A stretch of DNA of 64,000 nt, from the IMG/VR virus record IMGVR_UViG_3300005083_000010. One strand, written 5' to 3'. Both the position numbers and the translations under genes were made by a program. Every line of letters begins with the position of its first letter. Positions within the stretch are counted from its first letter, which is position 1. Under the pieces are notes generated by a model. It was not told the DNA's origin. It saw only the letters and a program-made list of their open reading frames with translations, and made no database searches. Origin of the DNA: an uncultured virus (IMG/VR IMGVR_UViG_3300005083_000010). Its lineage: Duplodnaviria; Heunggongvirae; Uroviricota; Caudoviricetes. Below, piece after piece: positions 28,105 to 37,634 of this stretch.

Positions 28105-30264
28105 CTATTGTGAAAGCAAATATTCTATGAGTTTCACACCTTCGCTTGTCAATCCGCCGCCGCCGCCAGATAGTCTGTACTCTAAAATTTCTCCGTATTT
28201 TGCTAATTGTTCCGTCGAATTAGTTGAATCAGCTTCGAGAGCGAGGTCTAATACCTGCAACACATACTCAATGTCCGAACCAAATTCCTTCGCTAATTCT
28301 TTCGCAGACATACCCAATTGCTGGGATAACGCCGCGTATGTACCGGTGCCGCTCACCAAGTTGCTTCCGGAGCCTGTCTTGAATGTTACGCTGTCGCTGT
28401 TCTTCGCCGCGTTAATCCGCGCCGTCTCCGCGTTTAATCGGCTCGTTTCTGCCTGATACCACTCACGCTCATTGTCCGCTATAGCCTGCGCGTAAGATTG
28501 ACTGTACGTTCCCGCCGGAAGCCCTAAATACGGCTCCATCCAATCTGTAACCACACCCGTTGTCTTAAACGTATTAAGCGCGTTCTCAAACATCGTTTGA
28601 TACGCCTCGTCTGCCAACTTTGCCGCCGCCGCTTCTGCCGCCGCCTGTGCGTCTATCTTCTGTTGACGCGCCGCTTGCAGATACGGTATCAGCGGATCGT
28701 CCGCGTCAAGCGTGTTTATGTATGCCTGTATATCGCTGTAGTGCGCCTGTGCCTGTACCGCCGCTTCGTTCGCGAGCGCTTCTTGCTCCGCGCTTGCTAT
28801 CTTAAGCCCGTTTAGCGTCTGCTCCTGCTGTGTCGTTTCAAGGTTTGCCGCGCTCTGCGCAAGCTCCGCGTCCGTCAGCTGTCCCGTCAGCGTCTTTGAA
28901 CCGTCAGGCAGCGTCCCTGTATCCGTTATCGCGTCACGCAATGCCTGATACGCTCTCTCATACTGCGTAGTATCAAGCCCCTGTAACAGGCTCATCACGT
29001 CGTAAAGCTTTGAATCCTGCACCGTGTCGCGTGTGTACTCCGTGTTTGAAGCGTTTGTCAAAGCGTTAAGCAGCGTGGAGTAGTCCGCCGTGTCGTCGCG
29101 ATACTGCGCATACTCGTCGTTCGACACGCCTTGCAGCGCTTGCAATTGGCTTATAATGTTTGTGTACTCCTGCTGTTTCTGTTGCTGTCCTTGCGCTATA
29201 AGCGCAGGGAGTACGCTTGACGCAAAGTTCTGATTATACACGTTTTGCGCCTGTGACGCTGCCGCCGTCGCCGCCGTGGACGGTCTGCCGCCTGTCATTG
29301 CCGCAAGCGTCGCCATCTGGTCGGCATACGCGTCGCGCCCCGCCCTCTCGTAATACTCCTTAAGCGCTTCATACTGCGGGTCGGAATACACGTCGTAACT
29401 GCTGTCGAAATTTGTCAAAGCGTTTAACGCGCTCGAAATCTGGTCTGCGTACGGATTTTGATACGTCGTGTTGGCTATATTTGTCAAAGCGTTTAACGCG
29501 CTTGTTATCTGGTCTGCGTACGGGTCTTGATACGCCGTCTGCGAATCCGCAAGTATTGCGTTAAGGTACTGCGTAATCAAGTCCGTATACTGCGTTGTCG
29601 TGGGCGTGCTTGCGCTCGACAAGTAGTTTAACGCCGACGATGAATTAGTCGTGCCCGTGACCGGATACCCGGACTGATCAAGCACCTGTATAGCCACCGC
29701 GGGTATATTCTCCGTAGGTATGCCCATCTTAGCAAGCACCGCCGAAACGCCCTCTATCGTAGCGGGGACAGTCTCACCGTAAAGCTGTATCGTCGCCGTC
29801 GTAGGCGTTGCCGCCGCCGCCGTTCCCGTTGACGTGCTTGTGCTTGCGCTTGAACCCGCGAGCATTGACGACACCGTGGACGGTATCATCTCTGCGGGCA
29901 TACCCGCTTTAGCAAGCTCCGCCGCAATCGCGTCCGCCGTGGCGGGAACCGTAACACCGTTAATGTTCAGCGTCGCGCCCGTCGTTGTTGGCGTTATAGT
30001 CGTAACCGGCGTCGATGTCGTAGGCGTAATCGTTGCCGCCGCCGGAGTTGACGTCGTAGGCGTAACCGCCGCAGCAGCCGGAGTTGTAGTTGTCACCGCA
30101 GGAGTTGTCGTAGTCACCGCCGGAGTTGTCGCCGCCGCAGGAGCGGCGGTAGCCGCCTTATACTCCGAAGCTATGCGCGCCTCATACGCGCCAAGGCTCT
30201 CCGTCGCGCTCTTTGGATTTGCCGCCGCGTAATCGTAAATCGAGTTGTATGTCGTAGTCGCCAT
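28105..30264 (-). CDS. Putative internal virion/ejection protein
   Basis: Ala/Thr/Gln-rich helical; YSDPQYEAL..AAMTGGRPSTAA; internal duplications; precedes the giant protein. Confidence 0.7.
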   Translation of the reverse strand: MATTTYNSIYDYAAANPKSATESLGAYEARIASEYKAATAAPAAATTPAVTTTTPAVTTTTPAAAAVTPTTSTPAAATITPTTSTPVTTITPTTTGATLNINGVTVPATADAIAAELAKAGMPAEMIPSTVSSMLAGSSASTSTSTGTAAAATPTTATIQLYGETVPATIEGVSAVLAKMGIPTENIPAVAIQVLDQSGYPVTGTTNSSSALNYLSSASTPTTTQYTDLITQYLNAILADSQTAYQDPYADQITSALNALTNIANTTYQNPYADQISSALNALTNFDSSYDVYSDPQYEALKEYYERAGRDAYADQMATLAAMTGGRPSTAATAAASQAQNVYNQNFASSVLPALIAQGQQQKQQEYTNIISQLQALQGVSNDEYAQYRDDTADYSTLLNALTNASNTEYTRDTVQDSKLYDVMSLLQGLDTTQYERAYQALRDAITDTGTLPDGSKTLTGQLTDAELAQSAANLETTQQEQTLNGLKIASAEQEALANEAAVQAQAHYSDIQAYINTLDADDPLIPYLQAARQQKIDAQAAAEAAAAKLADEAYQTMFENALNTFKTTGVVTDWMEPYLGLPAGTYSQSYAQAIADNEREWYQAETSRLNAETARINAAKNSDSVTFKTGSGSNLVSGTGTYAALSQQLGMSAKELAKEFGSDIEYVLQVLDLALEADSTNSTEQLAKYGEILEYRLSGGGGGLTSEGVKLIEYLLSQ

Positions 30265-30276
30265 CAAACCACCCTC

Positions 30277-30936
30277 CTATACCCATTGCATAACGCCGTT
30301 TACGCTCGTCAATGTGAACGTACCCGACGCGGGCGGCGCGGGTACCACTATATACCCCGCCGCCGCCACCGCCGCGACTGCCGCCGCGTTCGCGCCTGTC
30401 ACCTGCGCCCAATCTATGTCACCGGAGTAATCCCCGTTTGTATCCAAATTCGCTAAATACCCAGCCGCGTTCACCGCCGCCACCGCCGCCGCGTCCGCGC
30501 CTGTCACTTGCGCCCACGGTATAGCCGCAGACGCCCCCACCGCCACATTCGTCCCAAGCTCCAAATCGTCTATCAGGCTTGTCGAAATCTTAGTCGTACC
30601 CGCCGTAATCTGATTTGTCTTAACCTGCCCCGTATACACCCCGGCAGACGTTATGTAATCGGCGTACGTGCTATCGCCCCACGCCGCCACCGCTTTACTG
30701 TTGGCATTCGTTATCTGGCTCCACGGAATAGCGCCGATAAGTGAAGCGTCAAGAGACGTGTCGCCCGGCGTCAGCTTGTCCGTGGAAATGTCCGTTATGT
30801 TCTCGGAATCAAGGTGGTCAAGCGCCCATCTAAGCTCATCTATCGTTTCATGATACGCGTTGATGAACCCCCTAAGCCGTTCCTCCGACGTTTCCGCGCC
30901 GCTCGGTATATACTGCTTTAGCTTAATGTTTGCCAA
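30277..30936 (-). CDS. Putative tail/virion structural protein
   Basis: Threefold I(P/D)W(S/A)Q(I/V)T repeat; position after the nozzle gene. Confidence 0.6.
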   Translation of the reverse strand: MANIKLKQYIPSGAETSEERLRGFINAYHETIDELRWALDHLDSENITDISTDKLTPGDTSLDASLIGAIPWSQITNANSKAVAAWGDSTYADYITSAGVYTGQVKTNQITAGTTKISTSLIDDLELGTNVAVGASAAIPWAQVTGADAAAVAAVNAAGYLANLDTNGDYSGDIDWAQVTGANAAAVAAVAAAGYIVVPAPPASGTFTLTSVNGVMQWV

Positions 30937-30940
30937 TTAC

Positions 30941-32314
30941 TCACCGCCCCAAATAGTGGAATACCCGCGTAAACTGGTGCAGCGTCACCTCGCCGTGTCC
31001 CTCAAGCCTAATCTGAAAGTGGTCGCAATTGCGCATTCTAAGCGGCACTTGCACACTACCCAATCCGCTGTCCGCATACCGCGCAATCTGTCGGTATTCT
31101 CCGTCGTTGTACTTCACATACACCTCAAAGTAAGCACCCTCGCCAAGGTCTGCGCGAAATCTAAGTTCCGAATACCCCTTCGCGCCGTCGTACTGCTCCG
31201 TAAACCGCTTTGTTTCAAAGCCCCAATGCACCCGCTCCCGCCCCGCGTTAAACTGCCATATCGGACAAAGCGGCGCGTCTGTCGTGCCTGCTTCAACCTC
31301 ACGCGGCGCTTCAAGCGCGTACAAATGATTGTCGTAAAACGCGAAATCCTGCACGTGCAAACTGTCCTCACGGAACCACGTGCTTTTCCACGTGTCATAG
31401 CAATACAATTCATAGCCCTTGCCGTCAAACAGCGATATATAATAATATCTGCCATCGCCGCCCGCCGTTCCGCTCACATACCTTGTGTTAAGGCACTCGC
31501 TCACTATCTCGGGGAAACCGCCCGCGTACGCCGCCACCCCAAGCGGGCTTAACCAAAACAATATGTCGTTTACCTCGACTATGCTCTTGTTGTCTATGCA
31601 CCCAAGCTTCGACACCTCCGTAAACTGAAAGTTCTTCGGGGTATCGCCGTATAGCCGCCACACATGTTCTTCCTTAAACACCATGACATAACCTTTATAC
31701 TCGTGTATGCCCGTAAACGCTCCGTTCGTGCCTGTCGTTGCCGCCCACGCGTTGTCTGCCCTTATGCCGCCCGTCGATTCGTCCGTGAACGTAGTCCAAT
31801 CGTCATAATCCCCAAGCGCCGTGCAGCATATGTTATCCTGCCCGTCCACGCCCCATACGCGGTTGTTCATCGTAGTGGTATACACGATGTCGGGAACACT
31901 CCCTTCATCACACCCCGCAGGATTGTACCAATCGCCCGCCCCGAATGTCGAAAACTCCCCGCTAATCGTGTCGTAACTTACCTTGTCGGGGAATATTACT
32001 ATCCTCTGCGAAATCTCCGTCATAGATTTAGGCGTTGCCGTGACCGTCCCCACAAGCTCGCCGTCGTAGTAGAAATCCGTGCCGTCAACTACCGCAAGTT
32101 TCGTTGAAGCGAATAATGCCATGCCGTTTGTAACCGCGCTGTGCGTGTCCCTCGACGCGCGTGGGCTTAACAGCGGAAACGCCTTTGTCGACATGTTCCG
32201 CGTAGACGCAAGCGCCGTGTCCGCGATTTCGCTTCTGCGGTCAAGCCCGGTAAACTCTATCGCGCTTTTCTTTATTCGGCTGTCCTTCGTGTTAGGTAAA
32301 GCCGCTAAGTACAT
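30941..32314 (-). CDS. Tail nozzle/tubular protein B-like (beta-propeller)
   Basis: VFKE..LYG..GCID..SI..LFWLS..GV pattern of podoviral stabilisation proteins. Confidence 0.75.
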   Translation of the reverse strand: MYLAALPNTKDSRIKKSAIEFTGLDRRSEIADTALASTRNMSTKAFPLLSPRASRDTHSAVTNGMALFASTKLAVVDGTDFYYDGELVGTVTATPKSMTEISQRIVIFPDKVSYDTISGEFSTFGAGDWYNPAGCDEGSVPDIVYTTTMNNRVWGVDGQDNICCTALGDYDDWTTFTDESTGGIRADNAWAATTGTNGAFTGIHEYKGYVMVFKEEHVWRLYGDTPKNFQFTEVSKLGCIDNKSIVEVNDILFWLSPLGVAAYAGGFPEIVSECLNTRYVSGTAGGDGRYYYISLFDGKGYELYCYDTWKSTWFREDSLHVQDFAFYDNHLYALEAPREVEAGTTDAPLCPIWQFNAGRERVHWGFETKRFTEQYDGAKGYSELRFRADLGEGAYFEVYVKYNDGEYRQIARYADSGLGSVQVPLRMRNCDHFQIRLEGHGEVTLHQFTRVFHYLGR

Positions 32315-33067
32315 TTACCATGCCTCCGTTGCTTGCATTAGTTTTACGGGCTTTGTCGGTCTTACGTTCTCCCACCATGCCACAAACTCCGACACCGCTT
32401 GATTGTACATTGCCTGATGATTGGCGTATTCGTTGTAGTCCTTTTGCAGATACGCCACCTGCGCAAGCAAGTAGTAGTCATAAAGCCGTCCGAACCTGTC
32501 GGGTATAACAAGTTCTTCGTGTCCCGCGTATTCCATCTGGTGGGGTTTTGGCACATGCCTGTAGGTTATTATGACTTCGCCGCGCCGAAAATAGCTGTGG
32601 CTGTCAAACACATGATAGTGCTGTGTATAATATCTGTCCTTGTCAGCGCCGTCCTTGTCCCACGGTCTTGTGTCCGTAGGTCGGTGTTCGTGACCGAACC
32701 TGTGACCGTACACCAAGTGGTCGGCGACTTCGCCGTACCTGTCGGATATATAGTGTCCGCACGGCGGGAACACGTTTATCATATCGTCCTCAAGCCAATA
32801 TGAGTAAGGCTGTTTGTCCGCTCTCGCGTCCACCTTCTGATACTTGCGCCCCGACACCATGACCGTAACTATCCGTGTCATATCATCTGTCGGCGGGTCA
32901 AACCTGTCCGCCCCCGGCTCTGCCGGATACCGCTCGTTGCGGAAATCCTCTATAACATCGGCATACACGTTTTGCTCCACGTCGTTTATGTGCCGCAGAA
33001 GCATTGCGTTGTCGTACGGAACATCGTTCGCCCTCTTAAATTCTTCGATGTACTGCAAAACCGTCAA
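32315..33067 (-). CDS. Head-tail adaptor (tubular protein A-like)
   Basis: Helical ends, IPDRF..YYLLAQ motif, position. Confidence 0.65.
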   Translation of the reverse strand: MTVLQYIEEFKRANDVPYDNAMLLRHINDVEQNVYADVIEDFRNERYPAEPGADRFDPPTDDMTRIVTVMVSGRKYQKVDARADKQPYSYWLEDDMINVFPPCGHYISDRYGEVADHLVYGHRFGHEHRPTDTRPWDKDGADKDRYYTQHYHVFDSHSYFRRGEVIITYRHVPKPHQMEYAGHEELVIPDRFGRLYDYYLLAQVAYLQKDYNEYANHQAMYNQAVSEFVAWWENVRPTKPVKLMQATEAW

Positions 33068-33073
33068 GGCTCA

Positions 33074-33430
33074 TCACCCCGCCTTTTTCTTCTTCTTTGC
33101 CGCCTTTTGCGGCTCCGCGCTTACCTCAAGCCCCGCAAGCACCTCGTCCAAATCTATGTCGCCAAGCACGTCCGCGACTGTCGGCGTAACCGGCACCGCG
33201 AAAACCGTCTCAATCGTTTGCGCGGGCGGCGCGGAAACCTCCACGGGCGCTTCCGGCGTCACCGGCGCAAGCACGTCAACATCAGCAGTTTCCGGCGCAG
33301 GCGCAGAGACTTCGACAAGAACGTCCGCTTCACGCGGCGTAAGAATTGCTTTAATTTGACACAGCTCCTGTAATATACCGTATAGAAGCACCTGCTCTGT
33401 AGAACTTACGTTATAACCTTTATACTGCAT
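33074..33430 (-). CDS. Hypothetical protein (Pro/Ala/Glu-rich)
   Basis: ORF after the capsid gene; its RBS is interrupted by the TnpB element. Confidence 0.6.
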   Translation of the reverse strand: MQYKGYNVSSTEQVLLYGILQELCQIKAILTPREADVLVEVSAPAPETADVDVLAPVTPEAPVEVSAPPAQTIETVFAVPVTPTVADVLGDIDLDEVLAGLEVSAEPQKAAKKKKKAG

Positions 33431-33440
33431 ACGTCCTACC

Positions 33441-34600
33441 CTTTCTAAATTTACTAAAATCTGCGACTACGCAAATTTCACATTAGATTCCTGCTTCGTA
33501 GCACCCTTTAGACGCTCCACAGGCTTAACTTCCGGTGCTGCCCACCGTAGTATATTTATCGCCGCATTTACATCGCGGTCGTGTTCCGTTCCGCAATCGG
33601 GACACTTCCATTTTCTTACCGACAGCCGCATTTCTCGCTGATAATACCCGCATATGCTACAAGTCTTGCTCGACGGTTCGAATCTTCCGCAGTACCGCAC
33701 TTCGTTAGCTTTGTACTCGAAATGTCGTCTTATTTCCGCAAAAGCAACATCTGATATGGCGCGGGCTAAGTTATGGTTTTTGACCATACCAGCCACATTC
33801 AAGTCTTCAAGACATATCGTTCCGTACTTCTGCGTCACGTCCGTAGTAAATTTGTGCGTGTAGTCATGCCTTGCACAAGCTGCCCGATAATANNNNNNNN
33901 NNNNNNNNNNNNNNNNNNNNNNNNNNNNTGTGCGTGTGCTATCTTCTTGCGAAACTTCTTTTCAACGTGTGGGTTCGGATATTTCGTGCCGTCCGACAAT
34001 GTGGCGAGGTCTTTTACACCTAAGTCTATTCCAATTTCGCCAGACGCTTGGTTTTCGCTGTCAGGCACTTCGCATTGGATAGACACGAACCACATATCTG
34101 CCGTTCTCGACACCGTTACGTTGTAAATCTTTTCTGCTTCGTACCGCAGTTCTTCCGACATCTTGATTTTGAGTTTCTTCGGCAATCGAATGTATTTCCC
34201 GTCAAACTTTACAACCGAACCGTCTATCCTGAAACTGTCGCGTACACCTTTCTTGTGGAACTTCGGGTGTGCGTTCTGCTTGCTGTACATCTTCTTGAAC
34301 GCACCGTCAAGGTCGTTTAACGCTGCTTCTGCCACCCACTTGCTGACTTCATACACAAACGGGTATTGTTCCGCCTTGATTGAGTTCCACCATCTCTTGA
34401 TTGAGTAATAGTTGTGCTTGATTCCGTTCTTATAGTCCTCGTTCCATTTTGCAAGACAGGAATTGTATGCAAGGCGAGCCACGCCGCAATGCTTTATAAG
34501 CATTGTCTGCTGTACGTTATTCGGATATATCCGTATTTTGTGCGCCCGCTTCATCCCTTATCAACTCCTTTGCCTTTTTGTATTTGCGAAGACCATACCG
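33441..34600 (-). mobile_element. Non-autonomous IS607-family derivative (tnpB + tnpA C-terminal remnant)
   Basis: Flanked by GG on both sides; YGLRKYKK remnant upstream of tnpB; removal restores GGAGG-TAGGACGT-ATG. Confidence 0.7.
33467..34554 (-). CDS. tnpB: TnpB RNA-guided endonuclease (frame split only by the N gap at 33893-33928)
   Basis: HKIRIYPN HTH; GIDLG, LEDL, HDRDVNAA RuvC motifs; CxxC..CxxC. Confidence 0.92.
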
Positions 34601-34618
34601 CCTCCGCTATTAACAGAA

Positions 34619-34650
34619 CGGGGCGCAGAGGCTTAAACCCTGCGCCCCGC
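34619..34650 (-). terminator. Hairpin after the capsid gene
   Basis: CGGGGCGCAG..CTGCGCCCCG followed by TTCTGTT. Confidence 0.7.
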
Positions 34651-34655
34651 ACGTC

Positions 34656-35555
34656 TTAGGTTGATATGTTACCGTAAATCCACTTGTAGTCTGTGTAGCC
34701 GTAACTCCAAGAGCCGACTACCTTGTACTTGATTGCTTCGGTGTCAAAATCCTGATCTCTTTCAGGGCTTGGGTGCCTTGAATCGAACCATTTCAGATGA
34801 CGCTTCATAGCGGACGAATCCACCAAGAACCACTTCTTACCCGTGATGAAGGGGTGATAGAAATACTTAAGCTCGCTGCGCATTACGTTGATGTCGTTAA
34901 GCTCCGCAGGCGTGAGATCCGCCGCGCTCGTGCCGCAAATCTTCTTGCCCTCGTCCCAATACTCAATGCCCGTAATAAGCGTGTCAGGCTGCAAGAAAAG
35001 CAGATCGCCCTTGTCGTCCGTAAGCTGTGCGAGCGCCTTGTACGCCTTGATGAGGTTGGGCAGCGTCAGCGGATCCGTGCCGACATTGCTCTGCGTGTGT
35101 GTCGTGTCCTCCGGTGAGAACGGGTGCGCCGCGCTACAAAGCGGCTGTCCGTCAGGTCCTAATAGCGTGTTGTCAAACGCCCCCTCAAACGGTACAACTC
35201 CGTGACCCTGATATGTCTTGTAGACAGTATCAGCGAGCAGCGCCGTCCTTTCTTCAAGGTGGTTGTACTGCCTGTATCTGAATATATCTTCCTCAAATAC
35301 AAGACCCGAGGAATACTTCCTCTGTATGAACCTCTTCTCGAATCCGAGGTTAAACTGCTGATAGCTGACCGTACCTTCCCACGGCGCCATCTTGCCGATT
35401 GAGCCGACACCTACAAACACCTCCTGTATGCTGTCTGTGTCCTTCCTGTTGTAAAGCTTGCCGATGTAGTCCGGTTTCTTGTACATCTCAGTATCCCAAA
35501 ATTCGGCTACGGACGCGGTTGTTGCGTCGATAATCTCTTGAGTGATGTAACCCAT
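34656..35555 (-). CDS. Major capsid protein (Mu gpT-like)
   Basis: GPDGQPLCSAAHP..SN..L..DDKG..PDTL..WFLVD..DFDT..YGYTDYKWIYG. Confidence 0.85.
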   Translation of the reverse strand: MGYITQEIIDATTASVAEFWDTEMYKKPDYIGKLYNRKDTDSIQEVFVGVGSIGKMAPWEGTVSYQQFNLGFEKRFIQRKYSSGLVFEEDIFRYRQYNHLEERTALLADTVYKTYQGHGVVPFEGAFDNTLLGPDGQPLCSAAHPFSPEDTTHTQSNVGTDPLTLPNLIKAYKALAQLTDDKGDLLFLQPDTLITGIEYWDEGKKICGTSAADLTPAELNDINVMRSELKYFYHPFITGKKWFLVDSSAMKRHLKWFDSRHPSPERDQDFDTEAIKYKVVGSWSYGYTDYKWIYGNIST

Positions 35556-35576
35556 CGTTCATGTCCTCCCTTCCGC

Positions 35577-36218
35577 TTAGGTATCCTGCCAGAACATGCG
35601 TCCAAGCAGGAAGTATGATTCTACGTTGTTGTAATCACCGGTTACGAATTTCAGAATGCCAAGGTCAGACACCGTGAAGTCCACGTTCTGAAACGTCGCG
35701 TCCGCGCCCCAACCATCGTAATTCTTTGCCGAATGCCCCGGAACTACGTAAAACGTATCACCGGCGGCAAACGCCGTAACCTGATCCGGTACCGTGAGAA
35801 CGCCGCTCGCGTCCGAGAGTACAGGCAGCTTCGCGCCTTTTAGCGCAGGGTTTGACGCACACGATATTACCTCCACCGCGCCGCCCTTCCACACACCGTC
35901 AGGACCGCTAAGGCTTGTCGAAATCGTCGTCGAACTGCCGCCCGTCGCCGTTACAACCGCGCCTTTTGTCCTGTATACCGCCGTCTCCGACGTCAGTACG
36001 GGTACAAACTTGTCCGCGATAGCAGGGGTTGCTTCCTCCCACTCCCACGCGTAATCTTTGATAGCCACGCCCGCGCCCATGCCGCTTGTGCCGCTTGCCA
36101 CGCCTTGTCCTACCACGTTGCCTACCATTGACCCGGTATACACGTCGCCGCTTACCGGAAGCACTTCTTTCAGCGGCGTTTTCGCGCCGTTGAGGTCGTA
36201 TGCCCATTCAAATGCCAT
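35577..36218 (-). CDS. Putative capsid decoration protein
   Basis: Between scaffold and capsid genes; beta-rich. Confidence 0.55.
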   Translation of the reverse strand: MAFEWAYDLNGAKTPLKEVLPVSGDVYTGSMVGNVVGQGVASGTSGMGAGVAIKDYAWEWEEATPAIADKFVPVLTSETAVYRTKGAVVTATGGSSTTISTSLSGPDGVWKGGAVEVISCASNPALKGAKLPVLSDASGVLTVPDQVTAFAAGDTFYVVPGHSAKNYDGWGADATFQNVDFTVSDLGILKFVTGDYNNVESYFLLGRMFWQDT

Positions 36219-36246
36219 GATTTTCCACCTTCCTTAATCGTATTCT

Positions 36247-37275
36247 TTAGCCGCTCTTTTTCATTTCCAACGACCGCCGCGCAACCTTCGTCGGGGATAA
36301 CCCAAACGCTTTTGCTATGTCGCTCGTCAGCTTGTTCGGCTTGACGGCTTCATTCGGCTCGTCGCCCTCCGCGTCCCCGCCCTTCGGCGTTCCGCGCTTG
36401 CTCCGGTCTTGAATGTCGGCGATCGCAGCTTTCACCGCCGCTTCTTTCTCCTTCGCCGCTTCTTGCTTTTCCTTGCCTATAAGCTCGTCGAGTTTCTCTG
36501 TAGTGAGATAATCACTACGCAGCGTTTTGTACAGTAATTCCGGCGGGACTGTAGGGTGCGCCGCTGTTATCTCGTCAAACTTTTCCTCTAAATCCTTAAA
36601 GAACCTATCCTGACGCAGCGTTTCTTTTACCGTCGCAAGGGCTTTTTCCCTCGCAAGCTTTTCCTTCTCCGCTTTCGTCTGCTTTACTACGGGGTGATTC
36701 TCTATCACCGCTTCAAGCTTGTCGGGATCCCCCTCCGCGCTCGCAATATCCTCCGCAAGCTTTTCCCGCTCTATGCGGTCAAGCTCCTTCACATACTCCG
36801 CCGCGTCCTTGTACCCCGCAGCTTTCGCCGCCCTCTGCAATACCGCCGCAAGAGCCGCGCTGTCCTCTTTCGCCTTGTCTGCGGCTTGCTTCACCTTGTC
36901 GTAGTTGTACCCCTTCTGCAAATACGTCTTGCGCTCCGACTTCGGTATCTTGACGGTCTCTTTGTTGTACACAATCTCGTCAAACTCCGCGTCGGCTTGC
37001 GTGTCCCCTTCGCTGTCGTCCTTTATCGTGTCTGCCTTTTTCGTGTCATCGTCCTTCGCCTTGCTGTCGTCTGCACCCGATTTGTCAGCCGCGTCTGCGC
37101 CCTTCTTCGCCCCTGCGGTATCTGCCGGTAAGCTGTCCCCCGCGTCTTGCGCTTTCAGTACGCCGATTAGCTTCTCAAACGGACTTGCGCTCTTTGCCTT
37201 GCCCGCGTCCTTCTGCGCCGCCGCTCCGGCTTCGCCGTCCTCCGCGAACTTCTGCAAATTCATTTGCCTTATCAT
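36247..37275 (-). CDS. Scaffolding protein
   Basis: MNLQKFAE start, acidic N-terminus, LQKGYNYDK, coiled coil. Confidence 0.75.
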   Translation of the reverse strand: MIRQMNLQKFAEDGEAGAAAQKDAGKAKSASPFEKLIGVLKAQDAGDSLPADTAGAKKGADAADKSGADDSKAKDDDTKKADTIKDDSEGDTQADAEFDEIVYNKETVKIPKSERKTYLQKGYNYDKVKQAADKAKEDSAALAAVLQRAAKAAGYKDAAEYVKELDRIEREKLAEDIASAEGDPDKLEAVIENHPVVKQTKAEKEKLAREKALATVKETLRQDRFFKDLEEKFDEITAAHPTVPPELLYKTLRSDYLTTEKLDELIGKEKQEAAKEKEAAVKAAIADIQDRSKRGTPKGGDAEGDEPNEAVKPNKLTSDIAKAFGLSPTKVARRSLEMKKSG

Positions 37276-37346
37276 CTTTCGCCCTCCTGACTGGTTTGTC
37301 AGCCTATATTTATCTGCGGCTTGGTGACCGCTAAACATCTGCAAAT

Positions 37347-37460
37347 AAAAAGCCGCCCTAAGGCAGACGTATGCAGCGTCTGCCCTTGGCGGCTGTTTGA
37401 AACAACCTTCACAGCTATTCAACTACTGTCATTATATCACATTTTCGACGTTACGCAAGT
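37347..37460 (-). promoter_or_regulatory. Late promoter + structured terminator/antiterminator leader, copy B
   Basis: TTGCGT-16-TATAAT (TGTG extended); same leader as copy A with compensatory changes. Confidence 0.8.
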
Positions 37461-37634
37461 CGAAAAGTATATAACATTAACCGTGTTGCACGTTTGCCCG
37501 TCGTGCCGGTGCTTGCATTTTACGTAAATAAGTCCTCCATGCGGCGCGTGTCCAAACTCCGCAAGCTTGTGACCGCACACACCGCAGCGTGCTTCTCCGT
37601 AATCCCGTCCTATCAGCACCGCCTTAACCCGCAT
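37437..37634 (-). CDS. Mu Com-like zinc-finger regulator
   Basis: RCGVCGHKLAE..IYVKC..CNTVN, Com-family pattern. Confidence 0.75.
   Translation of the reverse strand: MRVKAVLIGRDYGEARCGVCGHKLAEFGHAPHGGLIYVKCKHRHDGQTCNTVNVIYFSTCVTSKM

Noticed and set aside
33441..34650. IStron (group I intron with TnpB) or nuclease-dead TldR
   Set aside because: No room or motifs for an intron core; RuvC D-E-D residues are present
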